64,000 nucleotides of DNA from Candidatus Roizmanbacteria bacterium UBA1450. GTDB lineage: Bacteria; Patescibacteriota; Microgenomatia; UBA1406; GWC2-37-13. The notes beneath the pieces are model-generated. The model ran no database searches and had not been told where the DNA came from. It was given only the letters and a program-made list of their open reading frames with translations. The stretch spans positions 18,530 to 82,529 of the forward strand of contig DCTC01000001.1 of the NCBI GenBank assembly GCA_002329205.1. Reading direction: 5' to 3'. The stretch's first letter is position 1, and each line of letters starts with the position of its first letter. Positions 9,789 to 18,178 of this stretch are shown one piece after another. Both the position numbers and the translations under genes were made by a program.

Positions 9789-9935
9789 CGTTTTAGTCTT
9801 TGGTCTATAGACTTTGGTCGTTGGAACTTTTTGATCTCAATATTTTATCAGTACCAAAGATTCTTTCCAAACATTAAGTTTCTCAAACTTATGTATAAGT
9901 ACTATTGTCAATCGTCCAAAGACCAATGTCCAACA

Positions 9936-10010
9936 TGGTGCCCCTAGAGGGAATCGAACCCCCATCACTGGTTCCGAAGACCAGTGCTCTATCCTTTAAG
10001 CTATAGGGGC
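9936..10010 (-). tRNA. tRNA-Arg (anticodon TCG)
   Basis: In the reverse complement the acceptor is GCCCCTA/TAGGGGC, the anticodon stem-loop is CTGGT-CTTCGGA-ACCAG and the T loop is TTCGATT. CCA is encoded. Confidence 0.9.
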
Positions 10011-10076
10011 AAATATGCTGTCATATCTGCAAATAACCCGATATTCCAAGAATGTAGATATTATACTATACATATC

Positions 10077-10634
10077 ATGCTGAGCGAAGCGCTATATATT
10101 TTTTCCGTCCTGGCCTTGTTGATCTTTCTGGTATGGGCAAGTGTCTACATCATATCACTCATAGTTTCCTGGTTCCGAGGTGCTCCCTATGTCCCGACAG
10201 CCGATCGTGAAGTCTCTCGAATTCTGAATCATTTACATCCTGACAAAAATGATTACTTTCTGGAGCTCGGTTGTGGAGACGGTCGTGTATTGAGAAAAGC
10301 TGCACAAATATATGGGGTGCGTGGCAAAGGTGTAGATATCAATCCTATTGTCTTATCCAAAGCAAAAATCCTGTGTTCTTTCCAGAAGCTACAAGGCATT
10401 CATTTCTCAGCGGAAGATGTAAAAGAGACTGATTTTTCAGATGCTGATATTATTTATATATTTTTATTTCCGAAACTTGTACAAGAGCTACGGGATAAAT
10501 TATTGAATAAAACGAAAAAGAACGTGACAATTGTCTCACATGGCTTTAAAATTCCTTATCTGAATACATATCAGTCCGAAGTCTTGGCAGGTCCCAAATT
10601 CAAGACATATATTTATCGCAAACCCCACAATTAG
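10077..10634 (+). CDS. class I SAM-dependent methyltransferase with N-terminal TM helix
   Basis: ORF 9984..10634, trimmed to the ATG at 10077 because the longer form overlaps tRNA-Arg. Motif I is LELGCGDGRV and there is an acidic post-I loop (KGVDINP). Confidence 0.8.
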   Translation: MLSEALYIFSVLALLIFLVWASVYIISLIVSWFRGAPYVPTADREVSRILNHLHPDKNDYFLELGCGDGRVLRKAAQIYGVRGKGVDINPIVLSKAKILCSFQKLQGIHFSAEDVKETDFSDADIIYIFLFPKLVQELRDKLLNKTKKNVTIVSHGFKIPYLNTYQSEVLAGPKFKTYIYRKPHN

Positions 10635-10673
10635 TGTTTGACAAACCTATTTATATCAATATATAGTGATTTT

Positions 10674-11249
10674 ATGGCAAAAAAATTAAGCGTTCTTTTA
10701 TCAATATTTCTGTTTACTGCGGGCTTGAATATATCTATTGCCGGGTACGTACATGCAACTTCGATAAAAAATACCCAAATCACGATCATCCTGCAGGAGT
10801 TTGCCAGCTTGTCAGGAGATGAATTCTCCAATGAAGATATCGAATACTATATTGATGACAACGTGAAAGACAGAAGAGTAGCAGTACTCAAAGCTTTTTT
10901 CCGCAAATATGACTCACCGCTCTATGATCATGCAGATTTTATTGTAAAAGTATCTGATGAGTACGGGCTCGACTACCGGCTTATCCCGGCCATTTCTATG
11001 CAGGAATCAACCGCGTGTAAATTTATTCCGCATAATTCATACAATTGCTGGGGATGGGGGATATACGGAGATAAAATTACCCGATTCGGTTCCTATCCCG
11101 AAGCTATTGAAACAATCGCAAAAGGGCTGAAGAAAAACTACATTGATAAGGGTTTGACCACTCCTGAACAGATTATGGCGAAATATACACCGAGCTCAAA
11201 CGGTAGCTGGGCGCGGGGGGTAGGTCATGTATTGGGAGTTTTGGAATAA
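10674..11249 (+). CDS. secreted glucosaminidase/FlgJ-like peptidoglycan hydrolase domain protein
   Basis: ORF trimmed to the ATG at 10674, which gives the signal peptide MAKKLSVLLSIFLFTAGLNISIAG. The core AISMQESTACKF...NCWGWG resembles the A-x-x-ES-x-x-G...N-x-F-G pattern of glucosaminidase domains. It is a paralogue of 12896..13459. Confidence 0.55.
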   Translation: MAKKLSVLLSIFLFTAGLNISIAGYVHATSIKNTQITIILQEFASLSGDEFSNEDIEYYIDDNVKDRRVAVLKAFFRKYDSPLYDHADFIVKVSDEYGLDYRLIPAISMQESTACKFIPHNSYNCWGWGIYGDKITRFGSYPEAIETIAKGLKKNYIDKGLTTPEQIMAKYTPSSNGSWARGVGHVLGVLE

Positions 11250-11885
11250 TTACTGCACGCTTCGTGCATTGGAGAGTTCTTGAGACATGGAGTATTGCGT
11301 CCCTTTCTTTTTTGTATTTGCTGCAAAGGCAGATCCTCGTTTTGCCTTTTTGGACTTGAGCGCTTCCATCCAGGTACCCGATTCACTTATTTTGAGTTTC
11401 AGTGTTTGAAGAACCTTTAGAACGACTTCCAGGAACCTTACGTGATAAATACCTGGTTTTTCCGGCAGAGTATCAATCGTCAATTTTTCAATATCCTTAA
11501 CTTCGCTCATCAGAGCACTGTCTGCTTTCTTGATACTCTCAACTTCCTGTTTGATAGCTTTAATGAGCTCCTTAATTTCTGAAATTTGCCGTTCTTCTTC
11601 TATCTGACGGAAACTGAAGAGAGTTCCCCGTTCGGGATTGAAAGTGCCTTGCTGTTCCTGTTGTTTTTCCTGCTTATCAGGTCCATATTCCAGATGTTCC
11701 TGCTGCAAAAGCTGCTCGAAAATTCCTTTTCCGATATCGCCGAATGCTTCACCGACTTTATTAACTGTGTCTTTGGACAAAGAAGAGATACTTCCTCCAA
11801 CTGAAGAGTCTTTTTCACGTTCTAGGCTTTCACTTTTGACCTGTTGTGCAGATCTATTTGTGTTTTTTGAGCTGCTAAATGCCAT
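11250..11885 (-). CDS. hypothetical coiled-coil protein
   Basis: 211 aa and E/K/Q-rich. It lies immediately downstream of tig on the same strand. No family recognised. Confidence 0.55.
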   Translation of the reverse strand: MAFSSSKNTNRSAQQVKSESLEREKDSSVGGSISSLSKDTVNKVGEAFGDIGKGIFEQLLQQEHLEYGPDKQEKQQEQQGTFNPERGTLFSFRQIEEERQISEIKELIKAIKQEVESIKKADSALMSEVKDIEKLTIDTLPEKPGIYHVRFLEVVLKVLQTLKLKISESGTWMEALKSKKAKRGSAFAANTKKKGTQYSMSQELSNARSVQ

Positions 11886-11897
11886 GCTCTTATTATA

Positions 11898-12767
11898 CTA
11901 CAGGCTATTTATGTAATCAAGGGTCTTCTGTTTGCGCATCAGCGAGGCGTAATAGTACATATTCTGTGCTACTGCCTGCTTTTCTTTTTCATCTTTGATG
12001 CCTGAAAAGACCTTTTCTAATTCTGCCTGCTCTACATTTATACCTTCTTCATCCGCAATTTTCTGTAAGAGAAATTCCATTTTGTAGGTTTCTTCAATTT
12101 CTTTTTTGATTTGTTCCAACATCTGATCCTTCGTCAAATCCTTGGATTTAAGGTAAGATTCCATTGTCAGACCAACCCGCTGTACATCATCCACCAATTT
12201 CGCAAGTCGCTGATTTGCTTCTTCTTCGATTACTAAATCTGAAATTTCGACTTTTGCTTCGGCAAGAAGCGCATCAAGCGCAGCCTGGAATTCAGCGCGC
12301 TGTTGCTTTTCTTTTTCTTCTTCTGTCGGCTCCTGATCTTTACCCGGTACCCAAATATCTGATTTTTTTACCTGTTCCTTTGCTTTTTTTACTTTTTCTT
12401 TATAGTTTCCAAGCTTGATTTCCGGCACGAGAGCCGTTGTCATTTTGATCTGCCATTCTTCGTTCTCTTTTGCTTGCACCAACTCAACTTTTGGTGAAAT
12501 AATCGGTTTAATATCTTCTTTTTTCACAATTTCGGAATAAACTCGGGGAATATATGCTCGAAGAAGATGCTCGTACACAATATCTTTTTGGATTTTTGTT
12601 TCTGCAATATGCTTCGGAGCTTTTCCTTTACGGAATCCTTCGACTTTCAAATCTTTTCGTATAGTTTCAAATGAAGCGTCATATTCCTTCTGAATGTCTT
12701 CCCAGGGAACGGTGACCAACAACTCGATAGTATTTTTAGGAAGATTTTTGCGCGCAAAAGTATACAT
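11898..12767 (-). CDS. tig: trigger factor (short form lacking the PPIase domain)
   Basis: ORF trimmed to the ATG at 12767 (MYTFARKNLPKN...). The N-terminal ribosome-binding domain carries the GFRKGKAP signature. It is followed directly by helical C-domain-like sequence. About 289 aa. Confidence 0.8.
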   Translation of the reverse strand: MYTFARKNLPKNTIELLVTVPWEDIQKEYDASFETIRKDLKVEGFRKGKAPKHIAETKIQKDIVYEHLLRAYIPRVYSEIVKKEDIKPIISPKVELVQAKENEEWQIKMTTALVPEIKLGNYKEKVKKAKEQVKKSDIWVPGKDQEPTEEEKEKQQRAEFQAALDALLAEAKVEISDLVIEEEANQRLAKLVDDVQRVGLTMESYLKSKDLTKDQMLEQIKKEIEETYKMEFLLQKIADEEGINVEQAELEKVFSGIKDEKEKQAVAQNMYYYASLMRKQKTLDYINSL

Positions 12768-12895
12768 AATATAAAAAATAATAAATTCAACTGGGGATAT
12801 TATAAAGCGCAAAACGTGAAACGTAAAGCGTAAAACCCAGAAAAAGTAAGAATTTTTTATAACAGAAACGAAAAAGGAAGTTCCATGGGGAAGCT

Positions 12896-13459
12896 TTACA
12901 GTTCCATTGCAAGTTTGGCGTAGTAGAGCTTCTTTTCAGCCTCAACACGTTCAAACTCGTTATGGAAATATCGAACACGAACTGCCCAAGTAGGACTTGC
13001 TGCATAAATTGGACCTATTTCTTCGATTGTTTCTGCACCTCGTTCGATATAGTTGTTTCTCAACCCCTTCGCAACCGCATGGAAAGCATCACTCCATGAG
13101 TCAAACATTATACGTCCGCCTCCCCAACCAAAAGGATTGTGTGAATCAGGCAGGAGATGTTTTCCAAACGATGATTCGAGTCCAGCAATAGAAGGGAGTA
13201 GATAACAGTCAATTCCATAGGTCGTACAAGCATCAATAAATGCATCTGCCTCATCAGCAAGCGGAGAGTTGCGTTTAGACAATACCTCGCGGATGACTGC
13301 ACGCTGAATGTTTCGTTCGACGTAGGTATCGATACGAGCTTCAGTTGTTGCAACAGGCGTGAGAGTTGCAGATTTACCTGCTATATTCTCTGCCTGTACG
13401 TTTTCTGGTAAGATCAGTAGTACTATAAGTAATAGTAATACTGCAATATTTTTTACCAT
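12896..13459 (-). CDS. secreted glucosaminidase/FlgJ-like peptidoglycan hydrolase domain protein
   Basis: Signal peptide MVKNIAVLLLLIVLLILPENVQA. The core is SIAGLESSFGKHLLPDSHNPFGWGGG. It is a paralogue of 10674..11249. Confidence 0.6.
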   Translation of the reverse strand: MVKNIAVLLLLIVLLILPENVQAENIAGKSATLTPVATTEARIDTYVERNIQRAVIREVLSKRNSPLADEADAFIDACTTYGIDCYLLPSIAGLESSFGKHLLPDSHNPFGWGGGRIMFDSWSDAFHAVAKGLRNNYIERGAETIEEIGPIYAASPTWAVRVRYFHNEFERVEAEKKLYYAKLAMEL

Positions 13460-13678
13460 AAAAAAATGCTAAAGTTTTTCGTTAGGGAGAAAAACCTTAG
13501 CATCTACGAATAATTATATCAAATATTATAGGATTGTCAAGTAGTATTTTATTTTGACTTATATTAAGTACTTCTTAGATATGTATATAATGATTTATAC
13601 TGTCATGGCAATGTATATGACAAAATTGAGTTGAAGTTTAAAACCTACAAAATGTTGATTTATGTTACAATACCTAAC

Positions 13679-14980
13679 ATGAAAACATTTAATTCGTTCA
13701 GTTTCGGATGTAGGGTGAATCAGGCTGAAATGGAGGCTCTTGACCGCGAATTGCTAGCCAAAGGTTATGAAAAAAAACCTGATCAACCTGATATTTATAT
13801 TCTGAATACCTGCTCTGTGACACACAAAGCAGAGCGTGAGGCAAGAAAGCATATCTACAACCTCAAGCGACAGTTTCCCGACACAAAAGTTGTGGTGACG
13901 GGATGTGCTGCCACGAACTGGTCAAAAACCAATACAAAAGTAAACGGAGTAGATTATTTGATAGATAATAAGAGTAAAGAGCTCATCGCAGAACTATTGG
14001 AGAAGAAATACTATCTCACCATGAGCCCTCCAGACGTAAAAACGGTACAAACATTTGATGAACCGTCCGAAAATTCGGCTACCGATAAATTTATGAGATC
14101 CAAACGCATTATCATCAAAATTCAGGATGGATGTCACCGATTCTGTAGTTTTTGCATCGTCCCGTACCTCAGAGGATTGCCTCAATCAACGAAAATTGAC
14201 GATATTGTAAAACAGATACAATCATACCCTGAGTATGTTGAGGCAATTCTTACCGCAATCAATACCGAAGCGTACGGCCGGGACACCGGAGAAACTTTTG
14301 TTGATTTGATTGATGCTATATTGACAAAGACGGATATACCGCGTATTAGTTTCGGTTCGATTCATCCCTGGACTTTTCAGGATGATTTTTTCAATCTATA
14401 TAGAAAATACGCTGAATCCAATCGTTTTGTCGATTTTTTTCATATTCCGCTTCAGGCAGGCTCGGATAATATGCTGAAATTGATGAAGCGTGGATATACA
14501 CGTGCAGAATTCGTAGAAAAACTCCATATGATCAAAGATATCAATGAATTCGCTTTTATAGGCACTGATGTCATTGTAGGTTTTCTCGAAGAAACTGATC
14601 AGGACTTTGAGGATACGTATTCGTTTCTTGAAGAAACTCCTATATCGCGTTTCCATGTGTTCCGTTTCTCCAAACGTGAGCATACGGCTGCCTTTTATCT
14701 CAGTAAACGTCTGAATCAACCCTCCCCATCAGTGAAAAAAGCACGATCACAACGACTGAGGGTGCTCTCCGAAAAAAAATATGCTGCTTTTCAGTCAAAA
14801 CATGTAGGAGAGACTTTTGAAACTCTGGTTCTTGAAAGAAGAGTAGAGGATTACCAGCAGGGTTTGCTTTCAAATCAAATGCTCGTAAATGTAAAAACAG
14901 AAAAAGACTTCACAGGTGAACTCAAGAATGTTAGAATATATGACTACCAGAATGGAGAACTATTTGGTAAAATAGTCTAG
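13679..14980 (+). CDS. radical SAM methylthiotransferase, MiaB/RimO/MtaB family
   Basis: ORF trimmed to the ATG at 13679 (MKTFNSFSFGCRVNQAE). N-terminal UPF0004 cysteines are present (FGC, NTCSV, TGC). The radical SAM motif is GCHRFCSFCIVPYLRG, and there is a C-terminal TRAM-like end. Confidence 0.85.
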   Translation: MKTFNSFSFGCRVNQAEMEALDRELLAKGYEKKPDQPDIYILNTCSVTHKAEREARKHIYNLKRQFPDTKVVVTGCAATNWSKTNTKVNGVDYLIDNKSKELIAELLEKKYYLTMSPPDVKTVQTFDEPSENSATDKFMRSKRIIIKIQDGCHRFCSFCIVPYLRGLPQSTKIDDIVKQIQSYPEYVEAILTAINTEAYGRDTGETFVDLIDAILTKTDIPRISFGSIHPWTFQDDFFNLYRKYAESNRFVDFFHIPLQAGSDNMLKLMKRGYTRAEFVEKLHMIKDINEFAFIGTDVIVGFLEETDQDFEDTYSFLEETPISRFHVFRFSKREHTAAFYLSKRLNQPSPSVKKARSQRLRVLSEKKYAAFQSKHVGETFETLVLERRVEDYQQGLLSNQMLVNVKTEKDFTGELKNVRIYDYQNGELFGKIV

Positions 14981-14987
14981 TCATAAA

Positions 14988-15062
14988 GGAGCCGTAGCTC
15001 AATTTGGTTAGAGCGCTTCCCTGTCACGGAAGAGGTTGCGGGTTCAAGTCCCGTCGGTTCCG
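14988..15062 (+). tRNA. tRNA-Asp (anticodon GTC)
   Basis: Acceptor GGAGCCG/CGGTTCC, D arm GCTC-AATTTGGTTA-GAGC, anticodon stem-loop CTTCC-CTGTCAC-GGAAG, T loop TTCAAGT. Confidence 0.9.
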
Positions 15063-15109
15063 CACTTTTTGCCTTAACCGAAGGGTGAAGAGAGACTGGA
15101 GAGGTAGAT

Positions 15110-15132
15110 GACTCGTGAGGGTCTTTTTTTTT
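15110..15132 (+). terminator. rho-independent terminator after tRNA-Asp
   Basis: GACTC-GTGA-GGGTC hairpin followed by nine T. Confidence 0.55.
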
Positions 15133-15178
15133 GGGTAATAAGACAATTTGGTATAATAAATTTATCGGACATTTTAGT

Positions 15179-15219
15179 CCAGCAGCGCTGTACCCACAGC
15201 ACGGCTGGGCTTTTTTTTT
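15179..15219 (+). terminator. second rho-independent terminator (end of candidate short transcript)
   Basis: Imperfect 13-bp stem CCAGCAGCGCTGT-ACCC-ACAGCACGGCTGG followed by GC and nine T. Confidence 0.6.
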
Positions 15220-15693
15220 GGAAAAAAATGCAGTTATAAAATTATTTTCACTTATATATAAAGCTCTTGTCTTGAAATAGAAACGAGTACTAGTATGGAC
15301 TTGATAACCTCCCCATTGATTGTTTTATCATGGGGGCATTACAAAGTGAATATAACGTTACTACAATATAAATGCAGGTTTAAAAGATTTTGATTCGAAA
15401 AATACGTATGAAATCGCCTATTAACTGGATCATATATACAAATTCTGTAAAAGAAATACAATTACTTCGCAATCTGTCATTTACCGAATCACTTCTAATT
15501 GGCATTAAAAAATTATTAATAATCGGTCCAAGTTTACTACTCATTACATTCCTTATATGGTTGGTCTCTGTGAAATGACATCAAGAATAATATAATATTA
15601 TTACACTTTTTTAGTTATCACCAAACTTGATCCTCATCTATCTTGAAAATATTAAGTCATCTTATAATACGAAAATTACAATTCAATAATTCA

Positions 15694-15722
15694 TTGACTA
15701 ATAGCCTATAAAATATTATAAT
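15694..15722 (+). promoter_or_regulatory. consensus sigma70-type promoter for the 15863 gene
   Basis: TTGACT (15694-15699), an exact 17-nt spacer, then TATAAT (15717-15722). It sits about 140 nt upstream of the ATG at 15863. Confidence 0.6.
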
Positions 15723-15862
15723 ACAATTCGTACTTTTACATACTCATAGAGAAAAACATAGATATAAACGATAACTTTACTCTTCGAATGCTGAAGAAAT
15801 GAAGAGATTGTTTGTGTCTATTTCAATTCTCTATGATGCTACAATCACAATAGGAGCCCGAA

Positions 15863-16393
15863 ATGGCAACAATTCTACCTCCCTCAACGGTTATGGACTG
15901 CCTGTACGCGATGCGTGAGAATCGCAATGTCAACGGTTTTGAAGAGGACACCAAAGGTATACTGCATCCCGTTTTGAGCAACATACCTGACGATACCGGT
16001 TTCCGGGAGTACCGTCTCGCGAAGAAATATATCGCAAGGAACGTATCAGTCTACGACCTGCATGTCTACCGTGATCAGATTGCTGAGCTCTCGGATTATC
16101 TCATCATCGATCCGCAGACCGGTGAGGAATTTGTTCGTTCGAAAGACAAATTCGAGCAGCAATTCGAGCTGGTATGTCGGAACGGGACTGATCATTCAGG
16201 AAACCAATGGGCGACCTATCGCTCATCCAAACGATTCTGGGCAATTCAGGCCGGACAAGATCTCACAGTAGTCGCTCCGTTCATTTTCACGAAGTACACA
16301 ATTCGGAAAGGAGAATACCTTATCGTGGATGAAGCAGGAAGCGTCGGCTGCCTGAACGCCGAAGCATTTCGCGCCACATACGAGCCAATGTAG
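15863..16393 (+). CDS. hypothetical protein (GC-richer orphan)
   Basis: 176-aa ORF with an AGGAG just upstream of its ATG. Its codon usage and GC content differ visibly from its neighbours. A strong terminator follows. No family recognised. Confidence 0.7.
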   Translation: MATILPPSTVMDCLYAMRENRNVNGFEEDTKGILHPVLSNIPDDTGFREYRLAKKYIARNVSVYDLHVYRDQIAELSDYLIIDPQTGEEFVRSKDKFEQQFELVCRNGTDHSGNQWATYRSSKRFWAIQAGQDLTVVAPFIFTKYTIRKGEYLIVDEAGSVGCLNAEAFRATYEPM

Positions 16394-16402
16394 CTTATAG
16401 AT

Positions 16403-16432
16403 GGTCCGGGGGGACGTATGTTCCCCCGGACC
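16403..16432. terminator. GC-rich hairpin between convergent genes
   Basis: GGTCCGGGGG (16403-16412) pairs with CCCCCGGACC (16423-16432) around a 10-nt loop. The hairpin lies between the stops of the 15863..16393 (+) and 16444..16863 (-) genes. Confidence 0.65.
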
Positions 16433-16443
16433 TGTATTCACAT

Positions 16444-16863
16444 TTACTTCATCAAATTCAAACCCGTCACATTGTCATGTTCACGGTCAACTGTTCCGTC
16501 AAATGTATCCAGTTTTACTTCACAAGTAGCAGAAATCTCCATTTTCTTGACATGGCCTGCTACTGTTTTTAAATCTTTGTCGCCGAAAACACCATGCGTA
16601 TGAGCAAATACCTTCCCTTTCACAAGACTGATATTCCCGGTGAGTGAGGTAATCTCGAGTTTTTCTTCAATTTCCTTCGTATCATACGTTTTTGTTTCCA
16701 GGTCATACCAGGCGAGTGAAATTTTTCCGCATGCACCCAATCCATGAAAAAATCCTGCCGTAATATTATTTTCCGTACAAAACGCTTCCATTGAGCTTAT
16801 GAATTCTTCCCCGCGATCAAACCGAAGTAGATAAGAGTTGTGATACTGTTTAATTATTTTCAT
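16444..16863 (-). CDS. PPC/DUF296 domain protein (predicted DNA-binding fold)
   Basis: 139 aa with the pattern YLLRFDRGEEFISSMEAFCTENNI..GFFHGLGA...ISLAWYD...EITSLTGNIS...HTHGVFGD, which is typical of DUF296/PPC domain proteins. Confidence 0.7.
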   Translation of the reverse strand: MKIIKQYHNSYLLRFDRGEEFISSMEAFCTENNITAGFFHGLGACGKISLAWYDLETKTYDTKEIEEKLEITSLTGNISLVKGKVFAHTHGVFGDKDLKTVAGHVKKMEISATCEVKLDTFDGTVDREHDNVTGLNLMK

Positions 16864-16987
16864 TCCTACATTCTATCATCTGAGATAAAGTAACCTAACA
16901 ATTCTTACTCCGTACATACATCGATATTATTTTGAATTTACTTTCGTAACCGATTATGTATTTACATTATCCAGTATGTTGATTTAA

Positions 16988-18079
16988 ATGAAGCATAACG
17001 TTTTACAAAATATTCAAAAAATTGCCGTACTTCGGGCGATAGCACTCGGAGATTTTATAATTGCACTTCCGGCACTTAGTGCACTCCGAAAAGCATATTC
17101 CCATACTCAAATTTATCTCCTATGCCGTCCGTGGGTACAGGAACTTGGGAAGGGCAGAAACCTTCCATTTGATCATGTTGTCCCTGTTCCGGTAAGCCGA
17201 GGAGTATATGATGAACCGGGACTCAAAGAAAACGAACAGGAATTACAACAATTTTTCAAAAAACAGCAACAACAAAAATATGACATAGCGATCCAGCTTC
17301 ATGGCGGGGGACAGAACTCAAATGTATTTGTGAATAAATTGAATGCCAAGGTTAGCGTGGGAATGCGTACGCCTGATGCTCCACTTTTGAAAAAATGGAT
17401 TCCTTATAGCTTATATCAACATGAAATATTTCGTTATCTGGAAGTAGTATCACTTATTGGTGCCGAGCCGGTTACTGTTGTTCCCGAGATTCCCGTGATT
17501 GAGCAAGATATAAAGGCAGCAGCTCAAATCCTCTCCAAAACAGAAAATGACCTTATCATCTTACATCCTGGAGCAAGTGACTCGAGACGAACATGGCCCC
17601 CGGAAAAATTTGCAGAACTTGGTGACCGCCTGGCGATGCAGGGATATACCATAGTACTTACCGGAACACATCCGGAGCAATCAATAGTCGATCAAGTAGA
17701 AAATAGTATGAAACACAAACCGATAAATATCTGCGGTAAAACAAATTTCAATAGTTTGATCGGTCTCATGCATCAGGCAAAGGTTGTCATATCCAATGAC
17801 ACAGGACCGCTTCATCTGGCCCGTGCAATCGGGACTCCAACTGTAGGAGTTTATTGGTTTCCCAATATGATTCATTGGTCACCTATTACCCGTAAACAGA
17901 ATGAAACAGCAATTTCCTGGCTCCAGAGATGTGAAATTTGTCATGAGCCTCTTTTTGACATTCACTCCCAAATACCACTCAATGAAATAGAAGTCTGCGG
18001 TCATATGAAATCATATGTAGATATGATTCCTGTTGATGATGTATATCAGAAAACAGAATCAATTTTATCTGCGCACTGA
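16988..18079 (+). CDS. glycosyltransferase family 9 (heptosyltransferase-like)
   Basis: The N-terminal KIAVLRAIALGDFIIALPALSALRKAY matches the GT9 R-x-x-x-LGD motif. C-terminal motifs ILHPGASDSRRTWP and SNDTGPLHLARAIGTPTVGVY are present. The Cys cluster CEICHE...VCGH is also present. Confidence 0.85.
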   Translation: MKHNVLQNIQKIAVLRAIALGDFIIALPALSALRKAYSHTQIYLLCRPWVQELGKGRNLPFDHVVPVPVSRGVYDEPGLKENEQELQQFFKKQQQQKYDIAIQLHGGGQNSNVFVNKLNAKVSVGMRTPDAPLLKKWIPYSLYQHEIFRYLEVVSLIGAEPVTVVPEIPVIEQDIKAAAQILSKTENDLIILHPGASDSRRTWPPEKFAELGDRLAMQGYTIVLTGTHPEQSIVDQVENSMKHKPINICGKTNFNSLIGLMHQAKVVISNDTGPLHLARAIGTPTVGVYWFPNMIHWSPITRKQNETAISWLQRCEICHEPLFDIHSQIPLNEIEVCGHMKSYVDMIPVDDVYQKTESILSAH

Positions 18080-18178
18080 TAACAGAAATAATTTACTTTC
18101 TTATTTTTGCTACTTACACATTTTTAACCGCTATCTTTCATAAGTTTTATTATAGGAAGTTAGTATTAGCCCCATAAC

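Noticed and set aside
9545-9947. ORFs 9545..9748 (-) and 9717..9947 (+), and the extended start of 9984..10634
   Set aside because: All of them overlap the tRNA-Lys or tRNA-Arg genes. The methyltransferase was trimmed to the first ATG beyond the tRNA.
13460-13510. Hairpin ATGCTAAAGTTTTT...AAAAACCTTAGCAT just upstream of the 12896..13459 gene, considered as a regulatory element
   Set aside because: It is an imperfect AT-rich stem in a divergent intergenic region. It could equally be fortuitous, and nothing links it to a known class.
15390-15578. 62-aa TTG-initiated ORF (or a 55-aa version from the ATG at 15408) with a hydrophobic C-terminus in the AT-rich spacer, considered as a small membrane toxin
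   Set aside because: It has no ribosome-binding site, no partner antisense structure that I could see and no conservation evidence. In such AT-rich sequence an ORF of this size is expected by chance.
17900-18030. The Cys/His cluster CEICHE...VCGH in the first GT9, considered as a TibC-like iron-finger that would mark a protein heptosyltransferase
   Set aside because: As far as I recall, ordinary LPS heptosyltransferases of GT9 also carry a C-x2-C...C cluster at this position. The motif therefore cannot separate protein-directed from glycan-directed enzymes without an alignment or phylogeny. I kept it only as evidence for the feature.
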